From Salinivirgaceae bacterium (GTDB lineage: Bacteria > Bacteroidota > Bacteroidia > Bacteroidales > SZUA-534), in the NCBI GenBank assembly GCA_024405635.1, contig JAKSOL010000002.1:32001-96000 (forward strand): DNA of 64,000 nucleotides. The letters are read 5' to 3'. Below, in pieces: positions 35,748 to 46,580 of this stretch. Position numbers and translations under genes: made by a program. The notes under the pieces are model-generated. The model was not told the DNA's origin. It did not search any database and was given only the letters and a program-made list of their open reading frames with translations. Every line of letters starts with the position of its first letter. Within the stretch, counting starts at the first letter, position 1.

Positions 35748-36383
35748 ATGCCACAAAAGTATAAAGTTTTTTTTTACAATAACGTGGTGCTGCTTGGTGG
35801 CAGCGATTGCGATGCCAAGGTAGCAAACATTGATTATCGTTATACTGATGTTGATAATCTTGGCTTATTTCTTTTTGGCTTTTTGGCTAAAACAACGGGT
35901 CAAACTGTTGTTATTCAACATAATAATATCGACGAATTGTGGCGTGCATTTTGCTCGCTGTTTGAGTATAGAGCAGCCGCTGGTGGACTTGTGCAAAACG
36001 CTGATAACCAACTGCTTTTTATTAAACGAAATGGTTTTTGGGATTTGCCTAAAGGTCATTTGGAAAAAGGCGAGGACAGCCAAACTGGAGCGTTGCGCGA
36101 GGTGGAAGAGGAGTGCGGCATTGGCAACTTGCATATTTCAACTTTGTTAACCACCACTTATCATACCTATTTTTATGAAGAACGCCCTGTGCTTAAGGCT
36201 ACCGACTGGTATTTAATGACTTGCAGTGGCGCTATAAAAACAACTCCTCAAACCGATGAGGGAATTACTGAGGCTACTTGGATTGCGCAAAAGCAAGTTG
36301 CTCAGTTGCTGGCAAATAGTTATGCCTCGATTGTTGAAGTAATAAAGAGTTTTAACATCAATCTTACACCATTATGCGATTAA
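35748..36383 (+). CDS. NUDIX hydrolase
   Basis: AAGG and WDLPKGHLEKGE....GALREVEEECG Nudix box; start MPQKYKVF at 35748. Confidence 0.92.
   Translation: MPQKYKVFFYNNVVLLGGSDCDAKVANIDYRYTDVDNLGLFLFGFLAKTTGQTVVIQHNNIDELWRAFCSLFEYRAAAGGLVQNADNQLLFIKRNGFWDLPKGHLEKGEDSQTGALREVEEECGIGNLHISTLLTTTYHTYFYEERPVLKATDWYLMTCSGAIKTTPQTDEGITEATWIAQKQVAQLLANSYASIVEVIKSFNINLTPLCD
35754..35761 (-). promoter_or_regulatory. -7 box for pyrE, inside NUDIX codons 3-5
   Basis: TACTTTTG on the minus strand, 6 nt before the pyrE ATG. Confidence 0.55.
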
Positions 36384-37540
36384 GATTTTTTGCAACCATA
36401 TTCTCTATGCTGCTTTCGGTTTTGGCCGTAGCACAAGATATTGATTTCGATACATTGAGTTCACGTGCTTATGTTTCGGTTTTTACTTGCTCGCCAGGAA
36501 CTCAGTTGTATTCGCAATTTGGGCACAGTGCAATTGGAGTTTTCGATCCTGCCCAACAAAAAAGTGTGGTGTTTAATTACGGCACATTCAGCTTTAATAC
36601 GCCTAACTTTTACCTGAAGTTTATGTCGGGTAAACTGAACTATAGGTTGAGCGCCGAGTCGTATTCAGAATTTGAAAGCACCTACAACCGACGTGGACGC
36701 CGAGTAACCGAGCAAAAACTGAACCTTACTCAGCAACAAAATCAGCACCTTTTTAATTTGTTGCTTGAGAACTATAAACCCGAAAACCAATACTATCAAT
36801 ACGATTTCTTTTTTGATAACTGCGCGTCGCGTGTGCTCGATATGTTGTATGTGGCTTTGGGCGATTCGTTGACTCATTGCGATTCGTTGGCAGAAAAAGT
36901 AACTTACCGTCAACTTATTCATCGTTATTTGACCGATAGTAAGTGGACCAAGTTTGGCATCGACATTGTGCTCGGCTCGGTGATTGACCGTTATGCATCG
37001 CCTCGCCAACAGGCTTTTTTGCCCGACAAGTTGATGGAGTATTGCGAACTTGCATCAATTGATGGAAAACCGCTTGTGCGTTTAAACCGAAATATTGTTG
37101 AAGAAACGCAGATTAAGCATGCAACACCTTGGTGCTGCTCGCCCGTTGCAATGTTAGTTGTTATGCTAATGTTTGTTTTGGTAGCAAACCGTTTCTGTCC
37201 ACGCACAAACGATATTTTCGATCGCATATTTTTCTCAACCCTTGCTTTGCTTGGCGTTCTTATTGCGTTGCTTTGGTTTGCAACCGATCACGATGCTACT
37301 GTGCTGAATGTTAACATATTGTGGGCATCGCCGCTGTACTTTGTTTACATTTTTATGCTTAACAGAAATCGCGAGGTGTGGGTTAAACGCTTGCAAATTT
37401 TCTTTGTGGCTAGCTTTGGCGTTTCGCTACTGGGCCATGTCTTTGCAATTCAGCCAATTAGCATCGAAATGTTGATTGTTATGGTAATTGCATCGGTGCG
37501 TTTTTACCAGCAGCGAGTATTGTCCAAAATGGACAAGTAG
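36374..37540 (+). CDS. lnb: DUF4105 protein, Lnb-type lipoprotein N-acyltransferase
   Basis: FGHSAI, FNYGTF and YQYDFFFDNCASR (His/Cys) motifs; C-terminal TM bundle. Confidence 0.75.
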   Translation: MRLRFFATIFSMLLSVLAVAQDIDFDTLSSRAYVSVFTCSPGTQLYSQFGHSAIGVFDPAQQKSVVFNYGTFSFNTPNFYLKFMSGKLNYRLSAESYSEFESTYNRRGRRVTEQKLNLTQQQNQHLFNLLLENYKPENQYYQYDFFFDNCASRVLDMLYVALGDSLTHCDSLAEKVTYRQLIHRYLTDSKWTKFGIDIVLGSVIDRYASPRQQAFLPDKLMEYCELASIDGKPLVRLNRNIVEETQIKHATPWCCSPVAMLVVMLMFVLVANRFCPRTNDIFDRIFFSTLALLGVLIALLWFATDHDATVLNVNILWASPLYFVYIFMLNRNREVWVKRLQIFFVASFGVSLLGHVFAIQPISIEMLIVMVIASVRFYQQRVLSKMDK

Positions 37541-37632
37541 GTTTTATTTGCTAATGGTGGTTATGGGGGAAAGGTGCAATGAAAGCCTCACGATTGTACT
37601 AACAATCATTGTTTAACTCATAGTAACAACAC

Positions 37633-37668
37633 AAAAAAAAGCCGCCAAGCATTAGCAAGGCGGCTTTT
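37633..37668 (-). terminator. Terminator after gpmI (likely bidirectional)
   Basis: A8-GCCGCC...GGCGGC-T4. Confidence 0.75.
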
Positions 37669-37690
37669 AGTTTATGGATTGTTATATGTA

Positions 37691-39217
37691 TTACTCAACC
37701 AATACTTTACCAGTCATGTCGGCAGGAACCTCAATGTTCATAAGTTTCAAGATGGTTGGAGCAACGTCGGCCAAAATACCGTTGTTTACTTTTTTGTATT
37801 GCTCGGTAACCACAATAACAGGAACAGGGTTTAGCGAGTGAGCTGTGTTTGGAGTGCCGTCGGCGTTAATAGCGTTGTCGGCATTACCATGGTCGGCAAT
37901 AATAACAACATCGTACTCGTTAGCGGTTGCAGCGTCAACAACCTCTTTTACGCATTGGTCAACAGCCTTAACAGCTTTACCAATAGCTTCGTAAATGCCA
38001 GTGTGGCCTACCATGTCGCCGTTTGCAAAGTTCACTACAATAAAGTCGAATTTTTGGGTGCCGATAGCTTCAACCAATTTGTCTTTAACCTCAAATGCGC
38101 TCATTTCAGGTTTAAGGTCGTAGGTTGCAACTTTGGGCGAAGGGATAAGGATGCGTTCCTCGCCTTCAAATTCTTTTTCGCGACCACCGTTAAGGAAGAA
38201 AGTTACGTGAGCAAATTTTTCGGTTTCGGCGGTGTGAAGTTGTTTCAAACCTTTGTTTGACAAGTACTCAGCCAAAGTGTTTTGTACGTTCTCTTTGTCA
38301 AATAGAATGTTAACGCCAGTAAACGAGGCATCGTAAGGAGTCATGCAGAAGTATTGCAAACCTTTAATGGTATTCATTCCGTTTTCAGGCATGTCTTGTT
38401 GAGTAAGCACAACAGTAAGTTCTTTTGCGCGGTCGTTGCGGTAGTTGAAGAAAATAACAACGTCGCCCTCTTGAATGGTAGCAACAGGTTTGCCAGCAGC
38501 ATCAACGTGAACAATAGGTTTTACAAACTCGTCGGTAACGCCATCGTTGTAGCTCTCTTGCATAGCTTGAACCATGTCGGTAGCAGCTTTACCTTTGCCG
38601 TTAACCATAAGGTCATAAGCTTCGCGCACGCGCTCCCAACGTTTGTCGCGGTCCATTGCGTAGTAGCGACCAATAATTGAAGCAATTGCGCCAGTGTTCT
38701 TTTTTAGTTGGTCTTCAAGTTGTTGAATGAATCCCAAACCGCTTTTTGGGTCAGTATCGCGACCGTCCATAAAGCAGTGTACAAACGATTTGCTGATGCC
38801 GTATTCTTTCGAAATTTCAATTAGTTTGAAAAGATGATCGAGCGAGCTATGAACGCCACCGTTTGATACTAAACCCATAAGGTGAATTTGTTTTCCGTTT
38901 TGTTTTGCGTAGCTATAAGCTTTTACAATCTCTGGGTTTTTAAGAATAGAGTTGTCGGCGCAAGCACGGTTAATTTTTACCAAGTCTTGGTAAACAACGC
39001 GACCAGCACCAATGTTAAGGTGACCAACTTCAGAGTTGCCCATTTGTCCGTCTGGCAAACCAACGTTCTCGCCGCTGGCAAGTAGTTGTGCGTTAGGATA
39101 TTTTGCTATCAAAGCATCGATGTTTGGTGCACCGAACGAGTAGATAGCGTCAGATTTTGTTTTGTTGCCGATGCCCCAACCATCTAGAATCATCAGCATA
39201 GCTTTTTTTGTACTCAT
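37691..39217 (-). CDS. gpmI: 2,3-bisphosphoglycerate-independent phosphoglycerate mutase
   Basis: [32 protein letters not shown] and ADHGN motifs. Confidence 0.97.
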   Translation of the reverse strand: MSTKKAMLMILDGWGIGNKTKSDAIYSFGAPNIDALIAKYPNAQLLASGENVGLPDGQMGNSEVGHLNIGAGRVVYQDLVKINRACADNSILKNPEIVKAYSYAKQNGKQIHLMGLVSNGGVHSSLDHLFKLIEISKEYGISKSFVHCFMDGRDTDPKSGLGFIQQLEDQLKKNTGAIASIIGRYYAMDRDKRWERVREAYDLMVNGKGKAATDMVQAMQESYNDGVTDEFVKPIVHVDAAGKPVATIQEGDVVIFFNYRNDRAKELTVVLTQQDMPENGMNTIKGLQYFCMTPYDASFTGVNILFDKENVQNTLAEYLSNKGLKQLHTAETEKFAHVTFFLNGGREKEFEGEERILIPSPKVATYDLKPEMSAFEVKDKLVEAIGTQKFDFIVVNFANGDMVGHTGIYEAIGKAVKAVDQCVKEVVDAATANEYDVVIIADHGNADNAINADGTPNTAHSLNPVPVIVVTEQYKKVNNGILADVAPTILKLMNIEVPADMTGKVLVE

Positions 39218-39281
39218 ATTGATATAATTAATTAGTAATAAACAAATTACAATTGGTTTGCTTTGCTGGCAAAACCGAGCG

Positions 39282-39402
39282 CAAAAGTACTGAAAAAATT
39301 GTTGCTACACATTGGTTTTTCGAGCTAAACAAATGAGCTTATGATGCAAGTTTTGTGGCATTGGCCTTAAGGTTTGATAAAAGCGGTTAATAGTTACTTT
39401 TG
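39282..39402. promoter_or_regulatory. Divergent -7 boxes for gpmI and the DUF819 gene
   Basis: TACTTTTG on minus at 39289-39282; TTTG at 39373 plus TACTTTTG at 39395-39402 on plus. Confidence 0.6.
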
Positions 39403-39410
39403 CCGCCATT

Positions 39411-40565
39411 ATGACACTAATACTTATTATTTATTTGTTGGCGCCTGTGGCTATTATTTTTGCGTTTCAGCGTTTTAAACTAGCGCAAAAAATAGGCACA
39501 ATAATATTGGCCTACGCTGTGGGCATTGTTTTGGCGCTTACTGGCGCGGTTGAGTTTGATGGCGCCGAGGCTGTGGCTTTTGACAAAATTCAACGAACCA
39601 TAATGAATCTTACTGTTCCGTTGGCCATTCCGCTAATGCTGTTTAATGTCGATTTTAAGCTTTGGACTCGCTCGCTACCAAAAACCATTTGGGCGTTTGT
39701 GGCTGGAATAGTGGCGGTGTTAGTTGCTATTGTGTCGGGGTTTTTCATTTTCCGAAACTCGGGCATCACCGAACTTAACAACGTTGCGGGGCTAATGATG
39801 GGCATTTACTCGGGCGGAACAGTTAACTTTTTTGCATTGGGCGAGGCGCTGAGTGTTAATCCCGAAACCATTGTGTTTGTTTATGCTTTTGAAATGGTTG
39901 TAACCTTTCCGTTTGTGATTTTTATTGCGTCGGGAGGTTATAAATGTTTCCGTAGGTTTTTGCCTTTTGCAACGCAGGCCGATGCTCAAAATTTGCAGCA
40001 AGATAATGTTGATATAAGTATTGAGAGCTATAGTGGAATGTTGCAACCGCGCACTATTGCTCAAATGGCGGTGGCGTTGCTTGTTGCTGTGGCATTTGCT
40101 GGCATTGGTGCAGCATTGTCGCTACTCATTACTGGCAAGTTGAGCGAGTTGGTTGTTATTTTAACAGTTACCACTTTGGCCATTGCAGCATCGTTTATTA
40201 AAAAAATTCGTGCTTTGCCTAAGACTTTTGAACTTGGCATGGTTTTCATTCTAATGTTTAGTGTGGTTGTGGCTTCGCAGTTCGATATTACAACACTTTA
40301 CCGCACTTCGCGTTTGCTCTATTTTATTCTTTACATAATGGTAGTGTCAATTGTGCTACACTTGCTACTATGTAGGTTGTTTAAGATTGAGGGCGATTTG
40401 TTTACAGTGGCAAGTGTTGGTTTGCTATGCTCGCCACCGTTTGTGCCGCCCATTGTAAGCGCAATAAAAAATCCGCGCATGCTTATAAGTGGCGTGGTGA
40501 TTGGCTTGGCAGGTTATGCTGTTGGTACATATTTGGGAATAGCCATTGCTAGCATTTTAAGGTGA
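39411..40565 (+). CDS. DUF819 family multi-TM membrane protein
   Basis: PLAIPLMLF, G.YSGGTVNF and GYAVGTYLG motifs; about 11 TM segments. Confidence 0.85.
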   Translation: MTLILIIYLLAPVAIIFAFQRFKLAQKIGTIILAYAVGIVLALTGAVEFDGAEAVAFDKIQRTIMNLTVPLAIPLMLFNVDFKLWTRSLPKTIWAFVAGIVAVLVAIVSGFFIFRNSGITELNNVAGLMMGIYSGGTVNFFALGEALSVNPETIVFVYAFEMVVTFPFVIFIASGGYKCFRRFLPFATQADAQNLQQDNVDISIESYSGMLQPRTIAQMAVALLVAVAFAGIGAALSLLITGKLSELVVILTVTTLAIAASFIKKIRALPKTFELGMVFILMFSVVVASQFDITTLYRTSRLLYFILYIMVVSIVLHLLLCRLFKIEGDLFTVASVGLLCSPPFVPPIVSAIKNPRMLISGVVIGLAGYAVGTYLGIAIASILR

Positions 40566-41089
40566 TGAGAATGGATGCTATTGATGCAATATTGACACGC
40601 GCATCGGTGCGTAAATTTTTACCACAAAAAATTGATGCACAGCAAGTTGAAATGTTACTGCGCGCAGCAATGTCGGCCCCGTCGGCGGGCAACAAGCAAC
40701 CTTGGCAGTTTGTTGTAATTACAAGCCGTGATGTGTTGTTACAGATTTCTGCTCAATTTCCAACGGCGGCTCCGTTAAATTCAGCGCCCCTTGCTATTGT
40801 GGTTTGTGGCGACCTTACCCGAACTTTTTCTGGCGAAGGAATTGATTATTGGGTTGAAGATACTTCAGCGGCTACGCAAAACATACTGCTAGCTGCTCAC
40901 GCTATGAACTTGGGCGCTGTTTGGTGCGGAATATATCCTTTGAGCGAACGTGTAAATTTTTTAAGAACATTGCTGCGTTTGCCTGATAATATTTGTCCGT
41001 TGGGAGTGGTTGCTGTTGGTTATGCGGCCGAAAAAGTTGAACCTAAAGACAAATGGAATACTGCTGCAATTCATTATAATGTTTTTTGA
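40565..41089 (+). CDS. Nitroreductase family protein
   Basis: RASVRKF, APSAGNKQPW and QNILLAAHAMNLGAVW motifs; TGATG overlap. Start could also be 40571. Confidence 0.92.
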   Translation: MRMDAIDAILTRASVRKFLPQKIDAQQVEMLLRAAMSAPSAGNKQPWQFVVITSRDVLLQISAQFPTAAPLNSAPLAIVVCGDLTRTFSGEGIDYWVEDTSAATQNILLAAHAMNLGAVWCGIYPLSERVNFLRTLLRLPDNICPLGVVAVGYAAEKVEPKDKWNTAAIHYNVF

Positions 41090-41107
41090 TACTGTTAACT
41101 ATAAACC

Positions 41108-41146
41108 AAAAAGCGCCGCTCATTTTGCAATGAGTGGCGCTTTTTT
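41108..41146. terminator. Bidirectional terminator
   Basis: A5-GCGCCGCTCATT/AATGAGTGGCGC-T6. Confidence 0.85.
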
Positions 41147-41165
41147 ATTGGTAAAAGTAGTAGGC

Positions 41166-43523
41166 CTATTTTTTTAGTTTAATAACCTCGCCAGCTTTGG
41201 TTTTTAGGTTGTAAACAAAAGTGTTTCCATCTTTTTCGGCAGTAGCGTTGGCAAGTTTAAGCTCGTTTTTGGTTCTGATTTTCAAATCGTTGCCATTGCG
41301 CGATACTATGCGAGCTTCAACAATCTCGTTGTTTTGCCAGTAAATGTCAACTTCAAAAGCACCGCGGGCGCAAAGACCTTTAACGTGGCCGTTTGCAAAC
41401 TTGTCGGGCAAAGCGGGTAACAAAAACAACTCGCCGCCATGGCTTTGCAAAAGTAGTTCGGCAATGCCAGCTGTGCAGCCAAAGTTGCCATCGATTTGAA
41501 AAGGTGGGTGTGCATCAAACAAGTTGGCGTATGTTCCACCTTTGCCCCAAAATCCTTTGGTGTTGCAAAGGTCAAGTTGGTCGGTTATTAGTTTGTAAGC
41601 ATGGTTGCCATCGAGTAGGCGAGCCCAAAGACACACTTTCCAACCCATTGACCAACCGGTCGATTCGTCGGTGCGGTATATCAAACTTTGTTTGGCCGCG
41701 TTAAAGAATTCGGGAGTGTTTGGAGTTATTTCTTCGCCAGGATACAAACCGTAAAGGTGCGACACGTGGCGGTGATGGTCGTCAACACGGTCCCAATCGT
41801 TAAACCACTCTTGCAATTGTCCATGTTGTCCAACTTTTAGAGGCGCCAAGCGCGAACGAAGAAAAGCTATTGAGTCGGCAAATTCGTGGTCAACGTTAAG
41901 TAGAACGGCATCGTTAATAACGTTTGTAAACAATTCGCGAATCATTGAATTGTCCATTGTAACGCCGTAGCAGTTGCTCAGTCCTTGTTGGTATTCGTTT
42001 TCGGGCGAGTAGCTTGGTGCCACAACCATGTAGCCCGAATTTGGGTCTTGTACTAGAAAATCGACAAAGAATTCGGCTGCGCTTTTCATTATTGGATAAA
42101 CGTCTTTCAAGAATTCAATGTCTTGGGTAAAGTTGTATTGTTCTTGCAAATGGCGGCATAGCCAAGCGCAACCAGTGGGCCACATTCCGGCACCTGCGTA
42201 GTCAACAGCGCCTGTTGTGCGCCAAATGTCGGTGTTGTGGTGCACAGTCCAACCGCGCGAGTTGTACATCAATTTAGCGCTTTGTTGTCCGCTAACCGAT
42301 AGTTCGCGAATCATTCGTAAAAATGGCTCGTGAGTTTCGGCAAGGTTGCACACAAGGCTAGGCCAATAGTTCATTTCGGCGTTTATGTTGGTTGTGTATT
42401 TGCTGTCCCAAGCAGCATTTTTGTTTGCATTCCAAATACCTTGTAGGTTGGCGGCTTGTGTGCCAGGCATCGAAGAGGAGATGAGCAGGTAGCGGCCAAA
42501 TTGGAAATATAGTTCAACCAATTGAGCATCGTCGCTGTTTTTAAAGTCGCGCACGCGCTCGTCGGTGTTTTTGGTTGCAAACTGATTGTTACCAAGGTTT
42601 AGTTCAACTCGGCTAAATAGTTTGCGGTATTGCTCAACATGGGCGTTGTGCATATTGGCAAACGATTTGCCTTGAGCTTTTTGCAAAAGAGTCAAACTAT
42701 TGTCAAGTTTTGCATCGTCAATAGTTAGGTAGTCTTTAAAATTGGTAGCAATTGAAATTAAAATTATGGCACTGTTGGCGTTTGAAATTTGCAAAGCGCT
42801 GTCGCCTAGTGCGGTAACCGAACCTCCGTTTGTTTTAATGTCAACAATGGTGCGGAATTTTAGTTTGCTTTCAATGCCTTCAAAATCGTCGCAATGGCCA
42901 TCAATGGTTAGCTGATTGCCTTCGGCTTTTACAGTAAAGTGCTCGGGCGATTTAAAGTATGCGTTAAAGTTTATTTTGCCTTTTTGGTCGGCAGTAAGGT
43001 TAATAACTTCAACATTATCGGCAAACGACGAAATGTAGTTGCGGGTGTAGTTTACGTTGTTGGCTGTAAATGAAGTTGTTACAGTGGCAAGGTTTAAGTC
43101 TAGTTCGCGGTGATAGTTAGTAAACTCAAATTCGCCAAAATCCATAAACAATTCGCCAATAGGTTGGTAGGCTTGTCCGTGGTGAGTTTTTGAAATAATG
43201 TACTGGTCGGCCAAACCTTGCGCCTCGCGATATTTGCCAGCAAACATAAGGTCTTGTATTTCCTTAATGTGCTCGGCTGATTGAGGGTTAATGTTGTTGT
43301 TTGGGCTGCCAGTCCAAAACGAGTCTTCGTTTAGTTGAATACGGTCAATGTTTGCGCCCGAATAAACCATGCCACCAAGTCGGCCGTTGCCTATTGGAAG
43401 AGCGTCGGTCCATTCGCGAGCGGCGTAATCGTAGTTCAGTTTAAGTTCGCGCATCTCGCTTTTGCTTTGGCAACTAGCTAAAAACAATGACGCTAACGCT
43501 GCAATTAAATGGAGTTTCTTCAT
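41166..43523 (-). CDS. Glycoside hydrolase family 95 lipoprotein (alpha-L-fucosidase/L-galactosidase)
   Basis: Lipobox FLASC; [36 protein letters not shown] and [11 protein letters not shown] motifs. Confidence 0.93.
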   Translation of the reverse strand: MKKLHLIAALASLFLASCQSKSEMRELKLNYDYAAREWTDALPIGNGRLGGMVYSGANIDRIQLNEDSFWTGSPNNNINPQSAEHIKEIQDLMFAGKYREAQGLADQYIISKTHHGQAYQPIGELFMDFGEFEFTNYHRELDLNLATVTTSFTANNVNYTRNYISSFADNVEVINLTADQKGKINFNAYFKSPEHFTVKAEGNQLTIDGHCDDFEGIESKLKFRTIVDIKTNGGSVTALGDSALQISNANSAIILISIATNFKDYLTIDDAKLDNSLTLLQKAQGKSFANMHNAHVEQYRKLFSRVELNLGNNQFATKNTDERVRDFKNSDDAQLVELYFQFGRYLLISSSMPGTQAANLQGIWNANKNAAWDSKYTTNINAEMNYWPSLVCNLAETHEPFLRMIRELSVSGQQSAKLMYNSRGWTVHHNTDIWRTTGAVDYAGAGMWPTGCAWLCRHLQEQYNFTQDIEFLKDVYPIMKSAAEFFVDFLVQDPNSGYMVVAPSYSPENEYQQGLSNCYGVTMDNSMIRELFTNVINDAVLLNVDHEFADSIAFLRSRLAPLKVGQHGQLQEWFNDWDRVDDHHRHVSHLYGLYPGEEITPNTPEFFNAAKQSLIYRTDESTGWSMGWKVCLWARLLDGNHAYKLITDQLDLCNTKGFWGKGGTYANLFDAHPPFQIDGNFGCTAGIAELLLQSHGGELFLLPALPDKFANGHVKGLCARGAFEVDIYWQNNEIVEARIVSRNGNDLKIRTKNELKLANATAEKDGNTFVYNLKTKAGEVIKLKK

Positions 43524-43676
43524 ACGTTGAATAATTTTAGGTGATGCAAGGTATGATAAAAAAACCAAATGCGCCCATTTGTTAAAAAAATGTTGGACGT
43601 GCGTTTTTTGTGCTCAATTGTTTGTGTTTCACTATAAAACTGCTCAACTCACTTTCGTTTTTTGGCTGCGCCTATT

Positions 43677-43684
43677 TACCTTTG
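43677..43684 (+). promoter_or_regulatory. -7 box for uvrA
   Basis: TACCTTTG, 28 nt before ATG 43713. Confidence 0.6.
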
Positions 43685-43712
43685 CACCGCAAATTTTTTG
43701 AAACATAAGTCT

Positions 43713-46487
43713 ATGGGCAATCAAAATATTGAAATAAAGGGCGCTAGAGTTCATAATTTAAAGAACGTCGATTTGCAAATTCCTCGCAATAAGCTAGTTG
43801 TGATTACTGGTGTGTCGGGTTGTGGTAAGTCGTCGTTGGCATTTGATACACTTTATGCCGAAGGTCAGCGCCGCTATGTTGAGAGCCTTTCAACTTATGC
43901 GCGCCAATTTTTAGGCCGATTTAACAAGCCCGAGGTCGATTTTATTAGAGGCATTCCGCCAGCAATTGCCATTGAACAAAAGGTAAACACCACCAATCCG
44001 CGCTCAACCGTTGGTACTTCAACCGAAATTTACGATTACCTAAAACTGTTGTTTGCGCGCATTGGTAAAACATACTCGCCAGTGTCGGGACAATTGGTAA
44101 AAAAACACACAGTGCAAGATGTGGTTGACTTTTTGCTCTCGTATCCGCAAGGCACAAAAGCAATGGTTATGGCTCCTGTGCTTGTGTCAAAAGACCGCCC
44201 TGCCGACCGCGCCGTTGAAATACTAAAACAGCAAGGATACTCGCGTGTTGAGGTTAATGGCGAGGTGCTTACTGTTGACGAATACAAGCCCAAGAAAAAA
44301 GATTTGCTAAATGTGGTTATTGACCGTGTAATGGCAAATCCAGCGCAAGATAACGTGAGCCGCATTTCCGATTCGGTTCAAACTGCTTTTTTTGAGGGAA
44401 TGGGGCAGTGCATTGTTAAAGTGTATCCAAGTGGTCAAGATGTTGTAACTCAAAGTTTTTCAAATCGATTTGAGGCCGACGGCATGTTGTTTACCGAACC
44501 AACCGAACACCTATTCAGTTTTAACACTCCACTTGGCGCGTGCCCAAAATGCGAGGGCTTTGGTCATGTTATTGGTACCGATCCCGATTTGGTTATCCCT
44601 GATAAGTCGCTCTCAATTTACAACGATGCAGTAGCTTGTTGGCGAGGCGATAAAATGAGCAAGTGGAAAGACCAATTTGTGATGAATAGCGACAAGATTG
44701 ATGTGCCTATTCATAAGGCTATCAGTAAGTTTACGCCCGAGCAGATGGAACTTTTGTGGAACGGAAACAAGTACGTTAAAGGCATAAACCACTTTTTTAA
44801 ATATCTTGAAGAAAACCAGTACAAAATACAATATAGGGTAATGATGTCGCGTTTTCGCGGCCGCACTATTTGCCCCGATTGTAAAGGAATGCGCCTACGT
44901 ACCGAATCAAATTACGTTAAAGTGGGCGGCTACACCATTAGCCAATTGGTTTCAATGCCAATAAGCAAGCTTAATAGCGTGGTTAATAACCTTGAACTTA
45001 CCGAACACGAAACCGAAGTGAGCCAACGTTTGCTCACCGAAATACGCAGTCGCATCGGTTTTTTGAACGATATTGGTTTGGGTTATCTTACACTCAACCG
45101 CGCATCAATGACTTTGAGTGGCGGCGAAAGTCAACGTATAAACCTTGCAACATCGCTTGGCAGCAGTTTGGTTGGTTCGCTCTACATTCTCGACGAACCT
45201 AGCATCGGTTTGCATCCTCGCGATACACAGTTGCTTATCAATGTGTTGCGCAATTTGCAACGTTTGGGAAACACTGTGGTGGTGGTTGAGCACGACGAAG
45301 ATATTATGCGTTGCGCCGATCAGATTATTGATATTGGTCCGCTTGCTGGCCGTCATGGTGGCGAGGTGGTTTTTCAAGGCGACCACAACCAACTCTTGGC
45401 AAGCGATAGCCTAACCGCTCAATACTTAACAGGAAAACTGAAAATTGAAGTGCCTAAATTCCGTCGCAAATGGAATAATTACATTAGTGTTGAGGGAGCA
45501 ACCGAAAATAACCTAAAGAACATTGATGTTAAATTTCCGCTTGGCACAATGACGGTAGTTACTGGTGTGTCGGGTTCGGGAAAATCGACTTTGGTTAACA
45601 AAATTTTGTACACTGCGCTGCGTCGTCACTTTGGCGAATCGACCGATGTGAAGTGCGCATTTAACAAACTGGGCGGCGACTTGCATTTGGTTAATGGTAT
45701 TGAAATGGTTGATCAAAATCCAATAGGAAAATCAAGTCGTTCAAATCCGTGTACTTACATAAAGGCTTTTGATGAGATTCGAAAACTATATGCGTCGCAA
45801 AAAGCTGCCAAGTTAGCTGGGCTCACTGCTGCTCACTTTTCGTTTAACGTTGACGGTGGCAGATGCGACGAGTGTCAAGGCGATGGTTACATTAAAATAA
45901 GCATGCAGTTTATGGCTGATGTTGAGATGGTGTGCGAAAGCTGCCATGGCCAACGATTTAAGCAAACAGTGCTTGATGTTAGGTACAATGGAAAAAACGT
46001 AAACGATGTGCTTGAAATGACTGTGAACGAGGCTATTGAGTTCTTTTCACAAAAGGAAGGTGCTACCGAAAAGAAAATTATTGAGCGCTTGCAACCATTG
46101 GTCGATGTAGGTTTGGGCTACGTTAAACTTGGTCAGGCTTCGAGCACACTAAGTGGCGGCGAAAGTCAACGCATTAAGTTAGCTTCGTTTTTGGCGGCCG
46201 AGCAGGTTGGAAAGCACACCTTGTTCATTTTTGACGAGCCTACAACCGGCTTGCACTTTAACGACATTAGCAAACTGCTTAAAACATTCAATACGTTGGT
46301 ATCTCGAGGTAACTCGCTTATAGTTATTGAGCACAATATGGATGTTATTAAAAGCGCCGACTGGATTATTGACCTTGGTCCCAATGGTGGCGAAAATGGC
46401 GGAAATGTTGTTTGCCAAGGAACTCCAGAGCAAGTGGCACAATGTGAACAATCGGCAACAGGTCAACATTTAAAGTCGGTTTTGTAA
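43713..46487 (+). CDS. uvrA: Excinuclease ABC subunit A
   Basis: GARVHNLKN, two Walker A motifs, EGQRRYVES, two LSGGESQRI motifs, CxxC zinc fingers. Confidence 0.97.
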   Translation: MGNQNIEIKGARVHNLKNVDLQIPRNKLVVITGVSGCGKSSLAFDTLYAEGQRRYVESLSTYARQFLGRFNKPEVDFIRGIPPAIAIEQKVNTTNPRSTVGTSTEIYDYLKLLFARIGKTYSPVSGQLVKKHTVQDVVDFLLSYPQGTKAMVMAPVLVSKDRPADRAVEILKQQGYSRVEVNGEVLTVDEYKPKKKDLLNVVIDRVMANPAQDNVSRISDSVQTAFFEGMGQCIVKVYPSGQDVVTQSFSNRFEADGMLFTEPTEHLFSFNTPLGACPKCEGFGHVIGTDPDLVIPDKSLSIYNDAVACWRGDKMSKWKDQFVMNSDKIDVPIHKAISKFTPEQMELLWNGNKYVKGINHFFKYLEENQYKIQYRVMMSRFRGRTICPDCKGMRLRTESNYVKVGGYTISQLVSMPISKLNSVVNNLELTEHETEVSQRLLTEIRSRIGFLNDIGLGYLTLNRASMTLSGGESQRINLATSLGSSLVGSLYILDEPSIGLHPRDTQLLINVLRNLQRLGNTVVVVEHDEDIMRCADQIIDIGPLAGRHGGEVVFQGDHNQLLASDSLTAQYLTGKLKIEVPKFRRKWNNYISVEGATENNLKNIDVKFPLGTMTVVTGVSGSGKSTLVNKILYTALRRHFGESTDVKCAFNKLGGDLHLVNGIEMVDQNPIGKSSRSNPCTYIKAFDEIRKLYASQKAAKLAGLTAAHFSFNVDGGRCDECQGDGYIKISMQFMADVEMVCESCHGQRFKQTVLDVRYNGKNVNDVLEMTVNEAIEFFSQKEGATEKKIIERLQPLVDVGLGYVKLGQASSTLSGGESQRIKLASFLAAEQVGKHTLFIFDEPTTGLHFNDISKLLKTFNTLVSRGNSLIVIEHNMDVIKSADWIIDLGPNGGENGGNVVCQGTPEQVAQCEQSATGQHLKSVL

Positions 46488-46522
46488 TACGATAAAACGG
46501 TAATTATTAGTTGAGTTAAAAT

Positions 46523-46560
46523 ACAAAAGGCTGAACCTTAAACAAGGTTCAGCCTTTTGT
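46523..46560. terminator. Bidirectional terminator between uvrA and GH51
   Basis: Perfect 17-bp inverted repeat ACAAAAGGCTGAACCTT with a 4-nt loop. Confidence 0.85.
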
Positions 46561-46580
46561 TTAATGGTTGTATCAACCGT

